This document shows, piece by piece, positions 47,490-60,920 of a DNA stretch of 64,000 nt (its first letter is position 1; every line of letters begins with the position of its first letter). Origin of the DNA: Octopus sinensis (Eukaryota); NCBI RefSeq assembly GCF_006345805.1, contig NC_042999.1:118730001-118794000 (forward strand), written 5' to 3'. The notes below the pieces were generated by a model. It was not told the origin of the DNA. It was given only the letters and a program-made list of their open reading frames with translations, and ran no database searches. The translations under genes and the position numbers were made by a program.

Positions 47490-48000
47490 CTTATCTAAGT
47501 TAGTTTATGGTTTTTGATGCCAGTGGAAGGTGGAAGAGTACGAAGGAAAAAGTGTGAAGATTGGAGTTGGTAGAAGAGGTGTAAAAATGGTTGGAGATGA
47601 GAGAATATGAAGAATGTCAATAATGAGTGACCTGAGGAGAGGGAATGTAAGTGGTTGCTAGAGTCATGGAGTGGTGTTTGCTTGTGACAGACAGTGTGCG
47701 TGATGTGCTGTCAGCATAACAATAGTAAGAGAGCAGTGTCAACCAGTGTGGAGCAGGAGGAGTAATAGCAACCTATGTTGGAGGGTTTAATAGAGAAGTG
47801 TACCAGATTTGAAAAAGCCAATGCAGATTCTCATTACTCAAGCAGCATGATGTAAGGGAAAGGTGAACAGAGAAGCATGAAAGTGAGGACATGCTTAAAG
47901 ATGTTCTCATCAAATAGGTGGTATATTATCTATACCAACAGATATCACCATTCTTTCATGATCTTTTGTCATCTCCTTCAAATGAAGCAACGTCTTGAGA
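47490..48000 (-). mobile_element. Old L2/CR1-group LINE 3' fragment
   Basis: The RC loosely resembles the post-RT region (LQHR..., SLFYRY-like) followed by a pyrimidine-rich tail. Highly degenerate. Confidence 0.45.
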
Positions 48001-48204
48001 TCAGTATTTACCTCCTCATGTGAACAAAGCACAATTCAAATAAATATGAGCTGGTACATTTTGCTTTTATAAATTTGGTATAATATAGTTAATATTGTCA
48101 TCATTTTAATGGCCATCATTTCAATATTGGCATGGCTTCGATAAATCTGCTGTGCAGTATATAAATATATGTGTGTCAGGTTTTCTGGTTGTGGTGGTCT
48201 GGTG

Positions 48205-48262
<58 letters not shown>

Positions 48263-48375
48263 TATGCATGCATACATACACACATACATACATACATACA
48301 TACATAGAAAGATAGATAGATAGATAGATAAAACTTACTTGGAAGAGGATACGTGGTGTTCAATCATATAATAAT

Positions 48376-48427
<52 letters not shown>

Positions 48428-48436
48428 ATATATACA

Positions 48437-49258
48437 TACAGCTGCGGCCAAAATGTTCAGAACGGCATTGTTTTCGTCAGAAAAGTAGGTATAAGTTTTT
48501 ATCAAAGTTGTTTTATATTCTATAATATTCACAGACACTAAATACAATATTAATTGATATTGTCTGAGATTTTGATGTAATTTGTGTGGATAATACAAAA
48601 GTTATGGATGATATAGTGATTTACTGCAAAACCCATGGTGGTCAAAATGATCAGAACGGTTGAAAAAATAACAAAATAATCAAAAATGACAGAGAATGCT
48701 GGAATTATTTCATATTTAGTGTGAAGCCCTTTAGCCTCAATCAAACTTTGACATCTTCGACTGCATGAGGAAATTAAATTTTCAAATTCTTGCTGGGTGA
48801 TCTTATTCCATAATTGCTCAGTTGTTTTAGGATTTCTGGCTTTCGAACGTTCTCCAGGAGACCTGGATGTTGTCTTTCCGACTCCAGCACATGTTTTCAA
48901 TAGGATTGAGATCTGGGCTTTGAGCAAGCCAATCCATAATAATAACCTTTTCAGCCTTGAGGAAGTTCATGACCACCTTAGCCTTGTGACATGGGGCATT
49001 GTCCTGCATGAATATGGGTGGTCGCTTAGTTGAATTTCTCAGCACAGGCAAGACATGATCTTTTACAAGTTGTTTATAAACTTCTGCAGTTACCTTTCCA
49101 TGTAATCGCACCAAAGGGCCCACACCATCTCCAGATATCATCCCTCAAACCATGACACTTCTTCCACCGAATTTAACATTAGTCTTAAGGCATTTAGGCG
49201 ACAATTTTTCACCTGCTTTTCGACGAACATACCTTTTCTCATCTGAGCCAAATAACAT
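48437..49258 (-). mobile_element. Tc1 (DD34E) transposon, 5'-truncated
   Basis: LFGSDEKRYVRRKAGE...KFGGRSVMV*GMIS...FMQDNAPCHKAK...WLAQSPDLNPIEN has 34 residues between D and E. TIR TA|CAGCTGCGGCCAAAA. Confidence 0.9.
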
Positions 49259-50569
49259 AGGAAAAAAAAATAATGTAGGGCACAGACATGTCACCTCGGA
49301 CATGCTAGAAAGAAGAGGTAAAGGACAGGATGTCTGAAAAACTTCATTTTAAGTTTATATCAAAGATCAGGATTTTAAACATGCTCATCACAACCACAAA
49401 ATACACAATAGAAAAAGATAATATCAATTGGGTTTGAGCTGTAAATTTGCACGCGTACACTGCAAGAATTAGCATAATTCGCGCAGAGTGTGAATATGCA
49501 TGTATGTGTCTGTCAAAGGAAGTTATTTTATGGCATTTTTTCATTTGAAGGGACAAAGCTGTCAACTTGACATATATGGGATCATAAGATTGTTCGTTAA
49601 TTTCTATAAACTTGTCTTATTTTCTATATGCTTCGAAGGGACCAGAAACTGAAAGAGAGGATGAAGGGAAAAGGTGACATTTGCTTTGAAGTGAGAGGAG
49701 AATGTAAAAGAAGGGAAAGTGTAAGATGTATGTGTATATAAAAATGGACGTGTGGGTGAGAGAGAGAGAGAGAGAGAGAGAAAGAAAGAGAGAGTGAGTG
49801 AAGGTGTGTGTTGTGATGTATGAATTTTTTGCATGTATGTGCAAGTGGCACTCTCTGTCTCTCTCTCTCTCTCACACACACATATCTTTCATATACGTGT
49901 AAATAAATTGGCAGAGGTAAAGAATACGCACTCCACACTCTAACCCTAAACACTGAGAGCTCGTATTCTTGACCTTCGCCCATAAATACATATGCATGCA
50001 TCTTTTCTGTGCATGTGAAAGAGAGGGTAGCTCTATTTCCTCATAACATATTTAAAAATGCATATCTTTTAATGCAATGTTTTTTGGTTGTGGCTTATTT
50101 TCATAGAATATTTATGTATACATTTTCATAAATGTTTGTCTGAGTAAAATTCTACACATGTGTGAAACATCGGACAAAAGTGATACATTAAAAAAAAATC
50201 AAAATATTGTCCGAAAATGACCTCAAAATTGTGCAACCCAACATTGTTACCGAGGTTATTTTAGTTATAAAAAAATGTTGTTGAGTCAAAGCATAGTGTA
50301 TTTGGCAGATAGATAATAATCAGCTTTCTTTACTATAATACACATGTGATTAATTCGGAGAAACATTACTTTCATTATTTACATATCGTAAAGCAATACT
50401 TCGTAATTTTGGTTCAAATCGGAGGTGGGAAACTACTTTCATTTTCTAATGAAACCTGTTCGTTCTAGAGAAGTGTATTTGAAATAACTACAGCTGGTTA
50501 TTGAAAGAATGTAGAAAATATGTAAATGAAAGTTTAGTTGACATGTGTAACCGATTTGATTGTTCTGGA

Positions 50570-50785
50570 AGGCAGTGAGCTGGCAGAACCGTTAGCATGC
50601 TGAAAAAAATACTTGAGCTGTATTTCGCCTGTCTTAACATTCTGAACTCAAATGCCACTGTGGTCAACTTTGCCTTTCATCCTTCAGGGTCGATAAATTA
50701 AATACCAGTGAGGCACTGGAGTTGATGTAATCAGCTGGTCCCCTACCCTGAAATTTCAGGCCTTGTGCCTATAGTGGAAAGGATT
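50570..50785 (+). mobile_element. SINE family B
   Basis: ggcagtgagctggcagaaccgttagc...gcctttcatccttcagggtcgataaattaaatacc. Confidence 0.8.
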
Positions 50786-51392
50786 TGATTGTTCTGGTCT
50801 TAACATTAGCTGATAAGAATAGAAATCATTTGACAACACCCTTTTGTTTGTAACTGGCTATCCTGCTGCAGGTTCAATCTGAGGAATATTGAAATAATAC
50901 CCATCTTATCCATTCCACAGAATAAGGTATACTGGAGAGCAGCATAAGAGAGATGAGTCTGTGAAACATGTTTAAGGTTGTTATCTCAAACACGAACGAG
51001 TGATGGTGTGTTGCCAACTTAATATGGTAGTCTCATGAAAGGGAAGAATGCTACTGCTATTTAGCCCTAGGAAACACCATTTCCATTTGGCTATGACACA
51101 TTTTGTGTCCTTATGTTTTCAAAGAGGAGATAAGCACCTCCACCCAGCAAAGTCAGCAGCCAGAGACTAGTTTCAGAGTCATTGCTCAATCATCACTTTA
51201 TTGTGCTGCTACTGTATAAATTTCTCTGAGAGATTTAGAAATGTAATATTTCTATTTACAAATGAAAATATCATGATTTTCAATGGAATCACTAACCATA
51301 AGGATGGCAACTTCATTAAGTAAATGTGGGCTCATTAAAACAGCGTAAAATGTTCTTTACTATAGTTTACTATAGACATAACAAATGCAGAA

Positions 51393-51506
<114 letters not shown>

Positions 51507-52079
51507 ATAGAATCGATAATATTGCAAACAGCAAAACGCACACACCCGAAGTTCAAGCAAAACGAAATGTAGACAATATGGGTGTAAAACAGACTTTCTG
51601 TAGCATAGTAATGCTATAAAAAATAGAACATCACTAATTTAACAAAAGTTAGTATGTAAGAAAGTACAGAAAGTCAACATTTATTTGGAACATTTATTTA
51701 TTGATCGAATGGATGTCACGGTGAGGAAAGTGAAAGTCCAAGAAAATTCAAAAACTTCATAATTCAATTTTTTATACAAAAATAATTTATTTTACAATTT
51801 TGAAATGAATGAACCAAGTGTATAAAAACGAAGGTGCTGTTGTTGTGAACATTAATTTAAAATATTTGCTGAAGGATGTATGTAGGAAGATATAAATTAA
51901 TTTGACATTACTATATATTTTTGAAATGTGTGATGTTATAAGCTGTAGAATAAATACTGAGTAACACAGTAAAAAGGTTGTGCAACGCTGATACTCACAG
52001 TGGTGAAGAATACATGGACTGTTATAAAAACATTTTCTCGAAACTGGTTAGAAGGAGTGGAAGAACATTTCTGTAATTA

Positions 52080-52289
52080 TATTGAAAGAGCAGCTGAGGC
52101 TTTCTACTTCACCAAGATTCTGAATTTGTTATAATAACCAGAATAACATTTTATTTTCAGATATATTTGTGAGTATTGAAAGTGCTGTTCAATCAGCCTA
52201 ATCTTCATATTGGTAGTACTTGAAAGTGAACGTTGTTGTTTGTTTGAAATCCAGGCCACGAGTAAACTTTCGATATCGGTGCGTATCAC
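52080..52289 (-). pseudogene. Possible Tigger/pogo (CENP-B HTH) transposase relic
   Basis: DIESLLVAWISNKQ...SGYYNKFR loosely resembles LEKLLLVWI.EKQ...SKGWFDKF. Confidence 0.3.
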
Positions 52290-52764
52290 TGCTAGGGGTG
52301 GGAAGTTACATACATAAACTATGTTTCACAGACACACAGGTACATTAACGTACACCTGAAGCCTATCTATGTTCCTGTGTGTGTCTGTTTCTGTACTTAG
52401 ATGTATGTGTGTGTGTGTCATCACAAAAATGTATGTATAGTGACAGACAATTACACCGTCACACATATATACTTGTCAGTCATTGGCATAACGTAGACAA
52501 CAAACGTGTAAAGACACTCATAGAAAATGTGACGTGATCGTTGTTGTGGTGGTGATATAAAATGTCGTTTAGGTGACTAAAAGAAAAATGATATTGTTAA
52601 ATTTTTGTAATGCAAATATGTGAACGAAAATATAGTTTAGTTGATAGGCAAAAGCTTACTGAATCATTTCATACCTCTTACATGAAAATTGACAACTCAG
52701 TTTTGGAATGCACAAGGAACATATGCACACATACAAACTCTCTTTTCACTAAACCTCTTTCTAT

Positions 52765-52910
52765 TTTCTCTCCCTGTTTATTTTTGTTTTCCTTCCAGTT
52801 GAAGAGTGTAGGCTCGAAACGTAGAAGACTTTCTCACTTCCCTAGAGTTAAACTAATACATCTCTTTGTTGTTTACACACCTGTCTTGTCTTTTGTTTTT
52901 TTGTAAATTC

Positions 52911-52914
<4 letters not shown>
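52765..52914 (+). mobile_element. H1 element, divergent subfamily
   Basis: Ends gtaaattctcac directly before (TA)n 52915-52946. Confidence 0.75.
52792..52827 (+). ncRNA. Minimal hammerhead-like fold H1 with compensatory stem I
   Basis: CTTC CAGTTGA A GAGT GTAG GCTC GAAA CGT A GAAG. Stem I is CTTC/GAAG versus CTTT/AAAG in other copies. Confidence 0.55.
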
Positions 52915-52948
<34 letters not shown>

Positions 52949-53136
52949 CCGAATATTTTCCTGATTTATGGACTCTCAGACGACCCATGTATACACACGC
53001 ACACGCAAACACACACACGTATCATAAACAGACAAAATGGAATAGACAGGACAAGGCCAGAGAGAAGATGAGACACAAGGAACAGAAAGTCATTGAAGAG
53101 GTCACAGAATGTGTGATGAAAGAAGTCTGACAAATA

Positions 53137-53180
<44 letters not shown>

Positions 53181-53235
53181 GTGAAGATTAAATAGAACAT
53201 ATATTTATTAGTAAAAACAAAAACATGAAAAAGAG

Positions 53236-53851
53236 ACCAGATCAGTTTCCATCTGTTCTTACAGTTCACAACATGCATTCAGTCATGACGCCTTCTGATC
53301 ATCTGTGAGCGTGCAAGGCAAAAATTTTACTGCAACTCTTATCATTTGCAATTTCACATTCAAAATTCGTTGGCATGAGTTCCAGGACACACCAGTCATA
53401 TCGACAAGTTTGTCACTTGTTCGATGATGGTCTTTCAAGATCAGTTCATCAATTTTCATGTTGTTTTCATTCGTTCAGGAGGTTGACAGATGCCCTGAAC
53501 AAAGTTGGTCTTCAAGTGGCAAGTGGCTATTCCTAAAGAGTGAAAAACCACTTGTAAACTTGCGTTTTGCCCGTAGCAGTGTCCTTGTAAGCTGTTAGAA
53601 GCATGACAACTGTTTTGTCTGCTGTTTTCCCCATCAGAAAACAGAATTTCATGGAAGCACACTGTTCCTTCATTTCAGCCATCGCAAAATTGATGAAGAG
53701 GGGAGACGCACTGCAAAACTGCACCCGATCCCACTGGTTGGCATACTGATGCCTGAGGGTTGCATCAAGTGGCTTCTAGCAGTGGAAGCCTGAACTACAA
53801 CAAGCTTGACCCACAGAGAACGTTTCTGGTTACTTTTGGGTACCTCATTGT
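53236..53851 (-). mobile_element. Mariner transposon 5' fragment (DNA-binding domain relic)
   Basis: [21 protein letters not shown]...QVYKWF, then frameshifted DMTGVSWNSCQRIL...RVAVKFLP. Terminal gaggtacccaaaagtaaccagaa next to (TA)n. Confidence 0.8.
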
Positions 53852-53898
53852 ATATATATATGTGTATATAGATATGTATATATAGATATATATATGTG

Positions 53899-53943
<45 letters not shown>

Positions 53944-54127
53944 ATACATATGTATATATATATGTATAACTTAGAATAACTTAGAAAGGTTTTGACCAGT
54001 ATTGGCCCAGGCCATGTCTAACTTAATAGCACCACCTGGCAAAAGTTACGAAGATGCGTCGGCCGGGAATGAGATGCGTCAGGTATGTATATATAGATAT
54101 GTATATATATATATATATATACATATG

Positions 54128-54200
<73 letters not shown>

Positions 54201-54279
54201 TATATACAAACACACACACACATGCACATATATATGTATATACGAGCAAAACGCCCCCTTGTCCAATGGACGGTGCTGA

Positions 54280-54630
54280 GTTATCAAACATTTAAACCAA
54301 ATTTTCTCAAAATATCTTGTCCGACCGTCCCATAGGCCTCCCCTTTGAGAAACACTGATTTAACCTAAATTTGAGACACCAGCAAAAGAAATAAAGATAG
54401 ACTTTTTTTCTATTCCAAGAAAAACGATTTTACAAATGCACATTCCCACGGCTTTATCGATCGCATTCTCACCTGGAATCGATTTTTGTAATTTTTGCAA
54501 GACTTATACATGGCCTGATACCATTGGTATCTACATATCAAATTTGAGCAATATCGGATGGAGGATGCCTGAGATCCTAGAAGACACACAAAGACAGACA
54601 GAACAGATTTTATATAATAGATATATCAGT
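54280..54630 (+). repeat. Unclassified CpG-rich repeat, Helitron/DINE-1-like layout
   Basis: Ends atcaaatttgagcaatatcggatg...gacagacagaacagattttatataatagat. Confidence 0.4.
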
Positions 54631-55794
54631 ATATATATATATTATATATATATATATATCACTATATAACATATATGGGAGTGTGCATGTGTGTGAGTAT
54701 ATATATCATCATCATCATCATTTTAGCACCTACTTTTCCATGCTCGAATGGGTCAAACAAAATTTACTAAGACAGATTTTCTACAGCCAGATGATGCTCT
54801 TCCTGTCACCTATTGTCATCTCTTTCCAAGCAACATAATAATTCCTGTCATGCTTTCAATATGAACAGTACAGCACAGTGACCATTCATATTATCATGGA
54901 AGATTTGCAAGCACATCACCCAGTGTCTGTGATTGTCATTGTCATCATCATCATCATCTCATTTAAAGTCCTTGTTTTTTCATGCTGGCATAGGTTAGAT
55001 GGTTTTACATGATCTGGCAAGCTGCAGGGCTGCACTGAGCTTCATTGTCAGCTTTCTACAACTGGATGTTAGTTTCTTCCACTTTCAGCCTCTATTAACA
55101 ATACACCTTCATACTTTAACTTGTCAACACAAACCAAAAATCACCACTCTTCCTCTTGCTTTCTCACATTTCTCTCTCTCTCTGTATCTTTCTATCTATG
55201 TATCAAACTTAATCTACACATCCTGTTCATAAGCCAGTTACAGAGGTCCTTGTCCTTGGATACTATCACTTATGAGCATGCTATGTTAAAAACACAATAA
55301 ACATCAGTGTGAGATGAAAATTCATCCAAGCAACAGCCAAACAAGAGTACCAAATGCATTCTGGCCTTTTTGGGGATTTTTGAAACTTGCATACTTGCAG
55401 CCACATCAGGCTCCTATGGGAATTAATTCTCTCAGATGTAGGAAAAAGGGAACAAAACAATCACTGATGTTTCAAATAGTGGTCTGGTTAACTGATAATC
55501 TGGTACATGTAAAGGAGGCAGAATTTAATGAAAATAGCATTGTACGTATCATCTTTGACATACACATGCCATCAACTGGCTAGTTACTACAATATTTGTC
55601 TTCGGATAACATTTCTTATGAGCTTGCTCTGTTAAAAATGCAATAAATATCATTAAAAAAAATTGTTCCAGCAGCATCAAGCAAGATTTATTTTTGCCTT
55701 TTTGAGTTTACGTATGCATATATACATCTACATGTATGCATGGATATAAATGTGTTTATATGTATGTATATCTATATATATGTATCTATCTAAT

Positions 55795-56530
55795 ATCATC
55801 ATCATCAAATGAATTTAATATCTGTTTTCCACAGTGGTATGGGTTGGATGGTTTGACTGCAATTGGTAACATTGGGAGCTACACCAGGCTCCATTCTCAG
55901 TTTTGGAATGGTTCTTATGGCTGGATACCATTCTTAAAGCCATCCACTTTACAGAGTGCACTGGGTGCTTTTTACATGGTGCCAGCACCAATGCTTTTTA
56001 TGTGTCACCAGCACCAGTGCTGTTTATGTATCACCAGTGTTAATACACATATATATATATATTCTATTTCATCATCACCATCCTCTTACATCTGTTCTTT
56101 GAAATTTAAGTAGGTTCAATGGGTGCTGGCTCTTTGTCATCTCCTTTATGCTGTTCAGCCTTATGAGATCAGCCTTCTTCACTTCTTCCCATATCTTTCC
56201 TTGTCCTCCTCTTTTGCCAGCTCCTTTAAACCAAATCACTCACAACATCTTTACTCATCTCTCATCCTCCATATGTATCCATGTCTCTACCAACACAGTC
56301 TTCTATTTTGCACATTATATTCATTTATTTTTATACTCAGTTTTTATCTCAACACATTTTTGTCTTGTCTTTCACCCTAACAAAAATTACACATGCAGTG
56401 GAGAATACTTGCTTCATTTCTTTCCAATTGTTGCACATCTTGTGCATTCAGTATTTATGTTTCACTAATATACTACTTGTATTTCATGTGCAACTATCAT
56501 ACAAGCTATCTTCACCTAGAAATAGAAGGA
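55795..56530 (-). mobile_element. RTE LINE fragments (3' UTR 55795-56050, older ORF end 56060-56530)
   Basis: (CAT)n tail, minisatellite, and LERNEASILH- and GQGKIWEEV-like relics. Confidence 0.6.
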
Positions 56531-58621
56531 ATAGGATCCTTTGGCTGTCAACAAAAGTAATATCTACTTGAATTTTTCCCCACTCTATTCTTACTTTGGC
56601 TATTACGCTTCACTCTTAATTAAGTCGCATAGGTTACACAAGCTATCAACAACTTCTAGAGAGTAGCAATAGCAATAGCAGCACTAAATGTATTTGATCA
56701 AAATTCTGTTTATTTTGAATTGGTTTTTTATATCCATTTTATTCAGATTATCATGTACATTTAGAGAAAATTGTTCAATCATTCCCAAATGTTATTTTCT
56801 GTGGTTCTTTTGCATCCATTATTTTCTTGCTACCATTTTTTCTTTTACTACAATAGACACTTTACACAATGTTGCAGCACTTATGTTTACTGCTGGAACC
56901 CCTTCTGAGTACTAATTACCTAGTTTATTGACACTAGCTTGAACAAATACAGTTCACTCCTTTTTATCAAGTCTTTAACACAACAGCTTAATTATGAAAG
57001 AGTTGAACTCTTGATTTTGTGGCCTACTTTAGCTCACAAACTTAACTTTATGTCTGCTGTAATTTAATTTACTAGAGTCAATGTTTAACTAGAAGCTCAT
57101 ATTATTGCTTCTTAGCTATAAAGTAAAATAACTATGAACCAATTTCTCTCTTTTATTTTTTTAATTTATAGATTTTACAATTAAGCCATCCACCTAACAA
57201 GGATAAAAGCTAGTGACATTAATGGATAAAGACACATCTAGTAAAGTTTTAAGAAATTCTTGGGATTGTTATGCCTTTTTGACCATGGATCTCCTAGATT
57301 AGATTTGATCTGGGACTAGACAAGACTCTCCTCTATATTTGTTACCTTATGCCAATGCCTTGTAAAAATATAATCTATGTGTGATGCAATTAGTAATGTA
57401 TTTAGCCACATAAATCTCTTAGTGCTACTCTTAACTGCATATTTTAGTAATCTCTGTCTGACTAATGCTGTGTGTTACTGAACGATAAGATATTGTATTT
57501 CTGCATGTATTAAGTATTTAACTTTATATCATCATATTCGCTTGACACACCAAGATAATAACTACAATTATCTGGATACTTTCTTTATGTTAATCTAGTT
57601 TTATTCCTAGCATGAATAATTCCAGTACCAACAAGATATGGCCCACACAGAAAATATAATCCTACAGTAGTATGTAGAATGATATTCAGTTTAGAATTTA
57701 GTTATTGCTAGCAACAAGGAGTCAACATAAAAAATGTTGACAATTCTAAAGGCATTTCTTTATCAATGTTATTTTATTTGTCTTATTTTTGGTAAATTTA
57801 TTTTAGAAAATTTCTTTGGTGCCTTCAAGTATAATTCTTATGAAAAGGGCTTCTTGCTTGTCACTTTTAAATATTTTCCTCAGTAAACATGCCAGCTTTA
57901 AACTGACAGATATGGTATTAGCAGAAATAACTCTAATTCCAAATTACAAGTTTTTATTGGAAATTTTTTACAGCCATGTTTTCTTCAAAATGAAATGTGT
58001 TCTGGATAATTCTGATATTTGTTTGTATAGTTATCAACTGTGAATGGCCTTCTTAACACTAAATATTCAAGCATGAGTTGGAAGTAGTAGTAACATGTAT
58101 TGAAATCAATTGTTTTATTTTGTTACTTTATTTTATCATTGAGTAAAAGTGTGCCCAAAGGGATTAGGTTTCTTAGTGACATTGAAAAGAAAGAGACTAG
58201 GACATGCATATCCTTTATTCTATTAGGGATATAAAGGTTATGAAGATAGGAAAACCTGAAGATTGTTGCTAAGATGCTAAAAACACCTAACTGGATAACG
58301 ATGACAGTCTACTTGCTTAGTTGATGTAGTTACTTTTTAGCTCTGGACATTCAGTGACCATCCTCTTTTTTATTCAGGTGTAACATGCTTACAAATATAT
58401 AGTCCATTGTATCCATTAGAGTTTGCAGCTATTTCTTGCAAGATGAGCAACTACATAAAGGCTAACTCATTGGCTTGTAGTTGATGAGGCTTATCTCCAA
58501 TCTTTGTATATAAAAGCTTTATCACCAATGGTTAATTTAGCAGCATCATTATCACTGTCAGCATCTACCCAAACACATGCTGGTATGGACTGCACTGTTT
58601 TGGCTTTACAAATCTTTAATC

Positions 58622-58672
<51 letters not shown>

Positions 58673-58978
58673 GGAGCAATGGCCCAGTGGTTAGGGTAGT
58701 GGACTTGCGATCGTAGGATCGCGGTTTCGATTCCCAGACCGAGCGTTGTAAGTGTTTATTGAGCAAAAACACCTAAAAGCTCCACGAGGCTCTGGCAGGG
58801 GGTGGTGGTGATCCCTGCTGTATTCTTCCACCACAACTTTCTCTCACTCTTTCTTCTGTTGGCCTGCTCGCTTAGCCAGCGGGATGGCATCATTGAAGGC
58901 TAAAACAATGTGAAGCGCATTGTGACCAGCGATGTGTAGCAACATCTGATGGCCTAGTCGGTCACGTAATCACGTGAT
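58673..58978 (+). mobile_element. tRNA-derived SINE family C
   Basis: A box TGGCCCAGTGG, B box GGTTTCGATTCC, follows (TG)n. Confidence 0.8.
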
Positions 58979-59000
58979 AATGCCTCAATAAAATTATACC

Positions 59001-59550
59001 CATCATCATCCTTATCATCATCATTATTTAACGTCTGTTGTCCCGCTAGCATGGGCTGGATGGTTTTATCAAAGTTGGCAAGCTGGAGAGCTGCACCTGA
59101 TTCAAGTCTGATTTGACACGGTTTCTACATTCGGATGCCCTTCTTAAAACCAGCCACTTTACAGAGTGTGCTGGGTGCTTTTACATGACACTGCATGGAT
59201 GCTTTTATGTAGCACAGCACGGGCACTTTTGCATGACACCACACAGGCACTTTTATGTAACCCCACATAGTTGCTTTTATACAGCACCGCATGGGTGCTT
59301 TTACATGGCACCAACATGAGTGGTTTTTACATGGCACCTGCACAGAACTCTTGCAGGTCAATACTCTCCATCAGGAGAACTGGCCTTATACTTCTGTTGT
59401 GGAGCATGGGTCTTCTTGAGTACAGCAAGTTGTCAGACATCTTGGTCATCTTACTCGAAAGGTTCAGTATCCTGAGGTTGTTCTTCAGTACTTTGCCCAT
59501 ATCTTCCTGGGTCTCCCACTTCTATATGTTCCATTTACTTTGAGAGATCA
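59001..59550 (-). mobile_element. RTE LINE 3' fragment
   Basis: SGRPRKIWAKVLK relic, 21-nt minisatellite and (CAT)n tail. Confidence 0.75.
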
Positions 59551-60479
59551 GTACAGGGTAAATCCTAGCTATTTCCTTTTGAAGCACATATGCTTATTTC
59601 CTTATTACAATCAATATTTATCTACATTTGTTGCTCATCCAAATGTATTTTCTGTGTTATAAAAGATTTTTCCTCTTCCTGACAAATTTCTGATAGGCAA
59701 TTCCTCACATGTCTATTTAACATGTAAATCTTTGTAATTCCTATTATCAAATCAAACATGTGTAATGGAAAATAGATAATACCAAAAAACATTTCTGTTT
59801 TCCTGTTTTGTTATACTATTCTAATATATATGTATGAATAGTGTTGTAATTTAAGCATGGTAGTATAATTTTGTCTATTGAGAATACACTTTCCAAGTTA
59901 CATATTGAGCATTAGTTTTAAAAGCACTAAGACACAAATTACATATTCATTGAATGTGAAAATGAGATTCTGTGACAATCATGTTTTACTAAAGAAGAAT
60001 TGCATTATCAGTGGAAAATATCGGCTGACATGATTCTGTTGTTATGAAGTTTAGTTTACAACTTTCAAAACTTATTTCAATGCTCATTATCTTGGGCAAG
60101 TATTTTCTACAGTTGCATTGAGTTGACCAACAGCTTGTAAGTAGAATTTGAAACACAGAAACTGTGGAAAGCTGCTCCTTATATGTATATATTTATGTAT
60201 GTAAGCCATCTTTATTCTGCACAAAGTTCTTATATAGCAGCTAAGTATTCTGTGTTATAAGCTTGTGACAAAGTTTGGGAATGTCATCTCTAACAAGTAG
60301 CTGAAAAATCCAGAAACACTTTGCCAAGAGGCTACTTTGCATCTTTTTTTGCACATCAAAACAATATGCTTACATTCTTATAGTTTACTATCACAGTTAA
60401 AGGCATTCTGATATGTATAATTGATCTCAATCCTTCTGATTGATAGTGTTGTGCATAATGCATGCATACACCCACCCAA

Positions 60480-60601
60480 AACTCACCCACCCACCCATCC
60501 ACCCACCCACCCATCCATCCATCCATCCATCCATCCATCCATCCATCCATCCATCCATCCATCCATCCATCCATCCATCCATCCATCCATCCATCCATCC
60601 A
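60480..60601. repeat. (CCAC)n-(CCAT)n microsatellite
   Basis: Directly visible. Confidence 0.95.
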
Positions 60602-60619
60602 TAAAAAGAGCAAAGAACC

Positions 60620-60920
60620 CTTTCAGTCATGAATGACCATGGGATGCCCCTAGGAAGCTCTCCTTCGAGGCACAAGTTGGGGCAAGGTTGTTTATGGAAG
60701 ACTAGCAGTCACCTATGCATACTAACCTCCCCTCTCTATATACCACTGATGTTATCCAAGGGAAAGTCAAAGGCCGATACAGCTTGGCACCAGGGATATC
60801 ACAACTCATTTCTACAGCTGAGTGAAATAAAGTGTTCTGATCAAGGACACAACACAGAGCCTGGTCTAGGAATCAAACTTACTACTTCATGACTATGAGC
60901 CTGATGTTCTAAACACTGAT
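60620..60920 (-). mobile_element. SINE-like repeat
   Basis: The RC has a tRNA-like head and a gtgtccttgatcagaacactttatttcac CORE-like segment. Confidence 0.6.

Noticed and set aside
52150-52175. ttttcag-ATATATTT-gtgagt as an 8-nt micro-exon
   Set aside because: It would shift the reading frame after exon D, and there is no supporting evidence.
58262-58323. IVAKMLKTPNWITMTVYLLS*, resembling the missing next GC exon
   Set aside because: No acceptor in the right phase, an in-frame stop, and no FSDIVGFT.
58673-58745. Possible tRNA gene (also the SINE-A and SINE-B heads)
   Set aside because: A and B boxes are present but there is no complete cloverleaf, and the sequence continues into a SINE body.
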